Source: Vicugna vicugna (lineage: Eukaryota). Taken from it: DNA of 64,000 bases. Positions 63,946 to 64,000 of the stretch are shown here, in pieces. Location: the NCBI GenBank assembly GCA_013265495.1, contig MU058636.1:1674001-1738000 (forward strand). The letters are read 5' to 3'. The first letter of the stretch is position 1; each line of letters opens with the position of its first letter. Made by a program: the position numbers and the translations under genes. A model generated the notes under the pieces. It saw nothing but the letters and a program-made list of their open reading frames with translations. It was not told the origin of the DNA and searched no databases.

Positions 63946-64000
63946 GTAAAATAAGTTGTTTGTCTATTATGTACAGAACAGATAAACAACAAGGTCCTAC

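Noticed and set aside
1..64000. CRISPR array, operon, prophage or other novel multi-gene system; exons of POLR1D, PDX1 or PLUT
   Set aside because: The DNA is mammalian with no regularly spaced repeats and no second coding gene. No POLR1D or PDX1 peptide was recognised, and lncRNA exons cannot be identified by eye.

Overview
Mammalian genomic DNA, most likely a camelid (alpaca, llama or camel), judged from tRNA-Ala-derived Vic-1-like SINEs and artiodactyl-type L1 3' ends. The only protein-coding gene I can support is the two-exon ParaHox homeobox gene GSX1 on the + strand (CDS 50311-50719 + 51169-51548, 262 aa). It sits in a CpG island with a TATA-like/Inr promoter, an AU-rich 3' UTR and an AATAAA signal. 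The other ~50 kb upstream and ~12 kb downstream are non-coding: interspersed repeats (L1, L2, MIR, MaLR/ERVL LTRs, MER20/MER33, SINEs), microsatellites, and several repeat-free, motif-rich blocks that look like developmental enhancers. Almost all entries in the ORF track are spurious. I see no evidence of a new multi-gene system. The most testable leads are possible GSX1 isoforms (a stop-free intron frame and in-frame CUG starts ahead of a SNAG-like N-terminus) and candidate cis-regulatory modules. Repeat family names and boundaries come from visual recognition and are approximate; motif calls are unscored.
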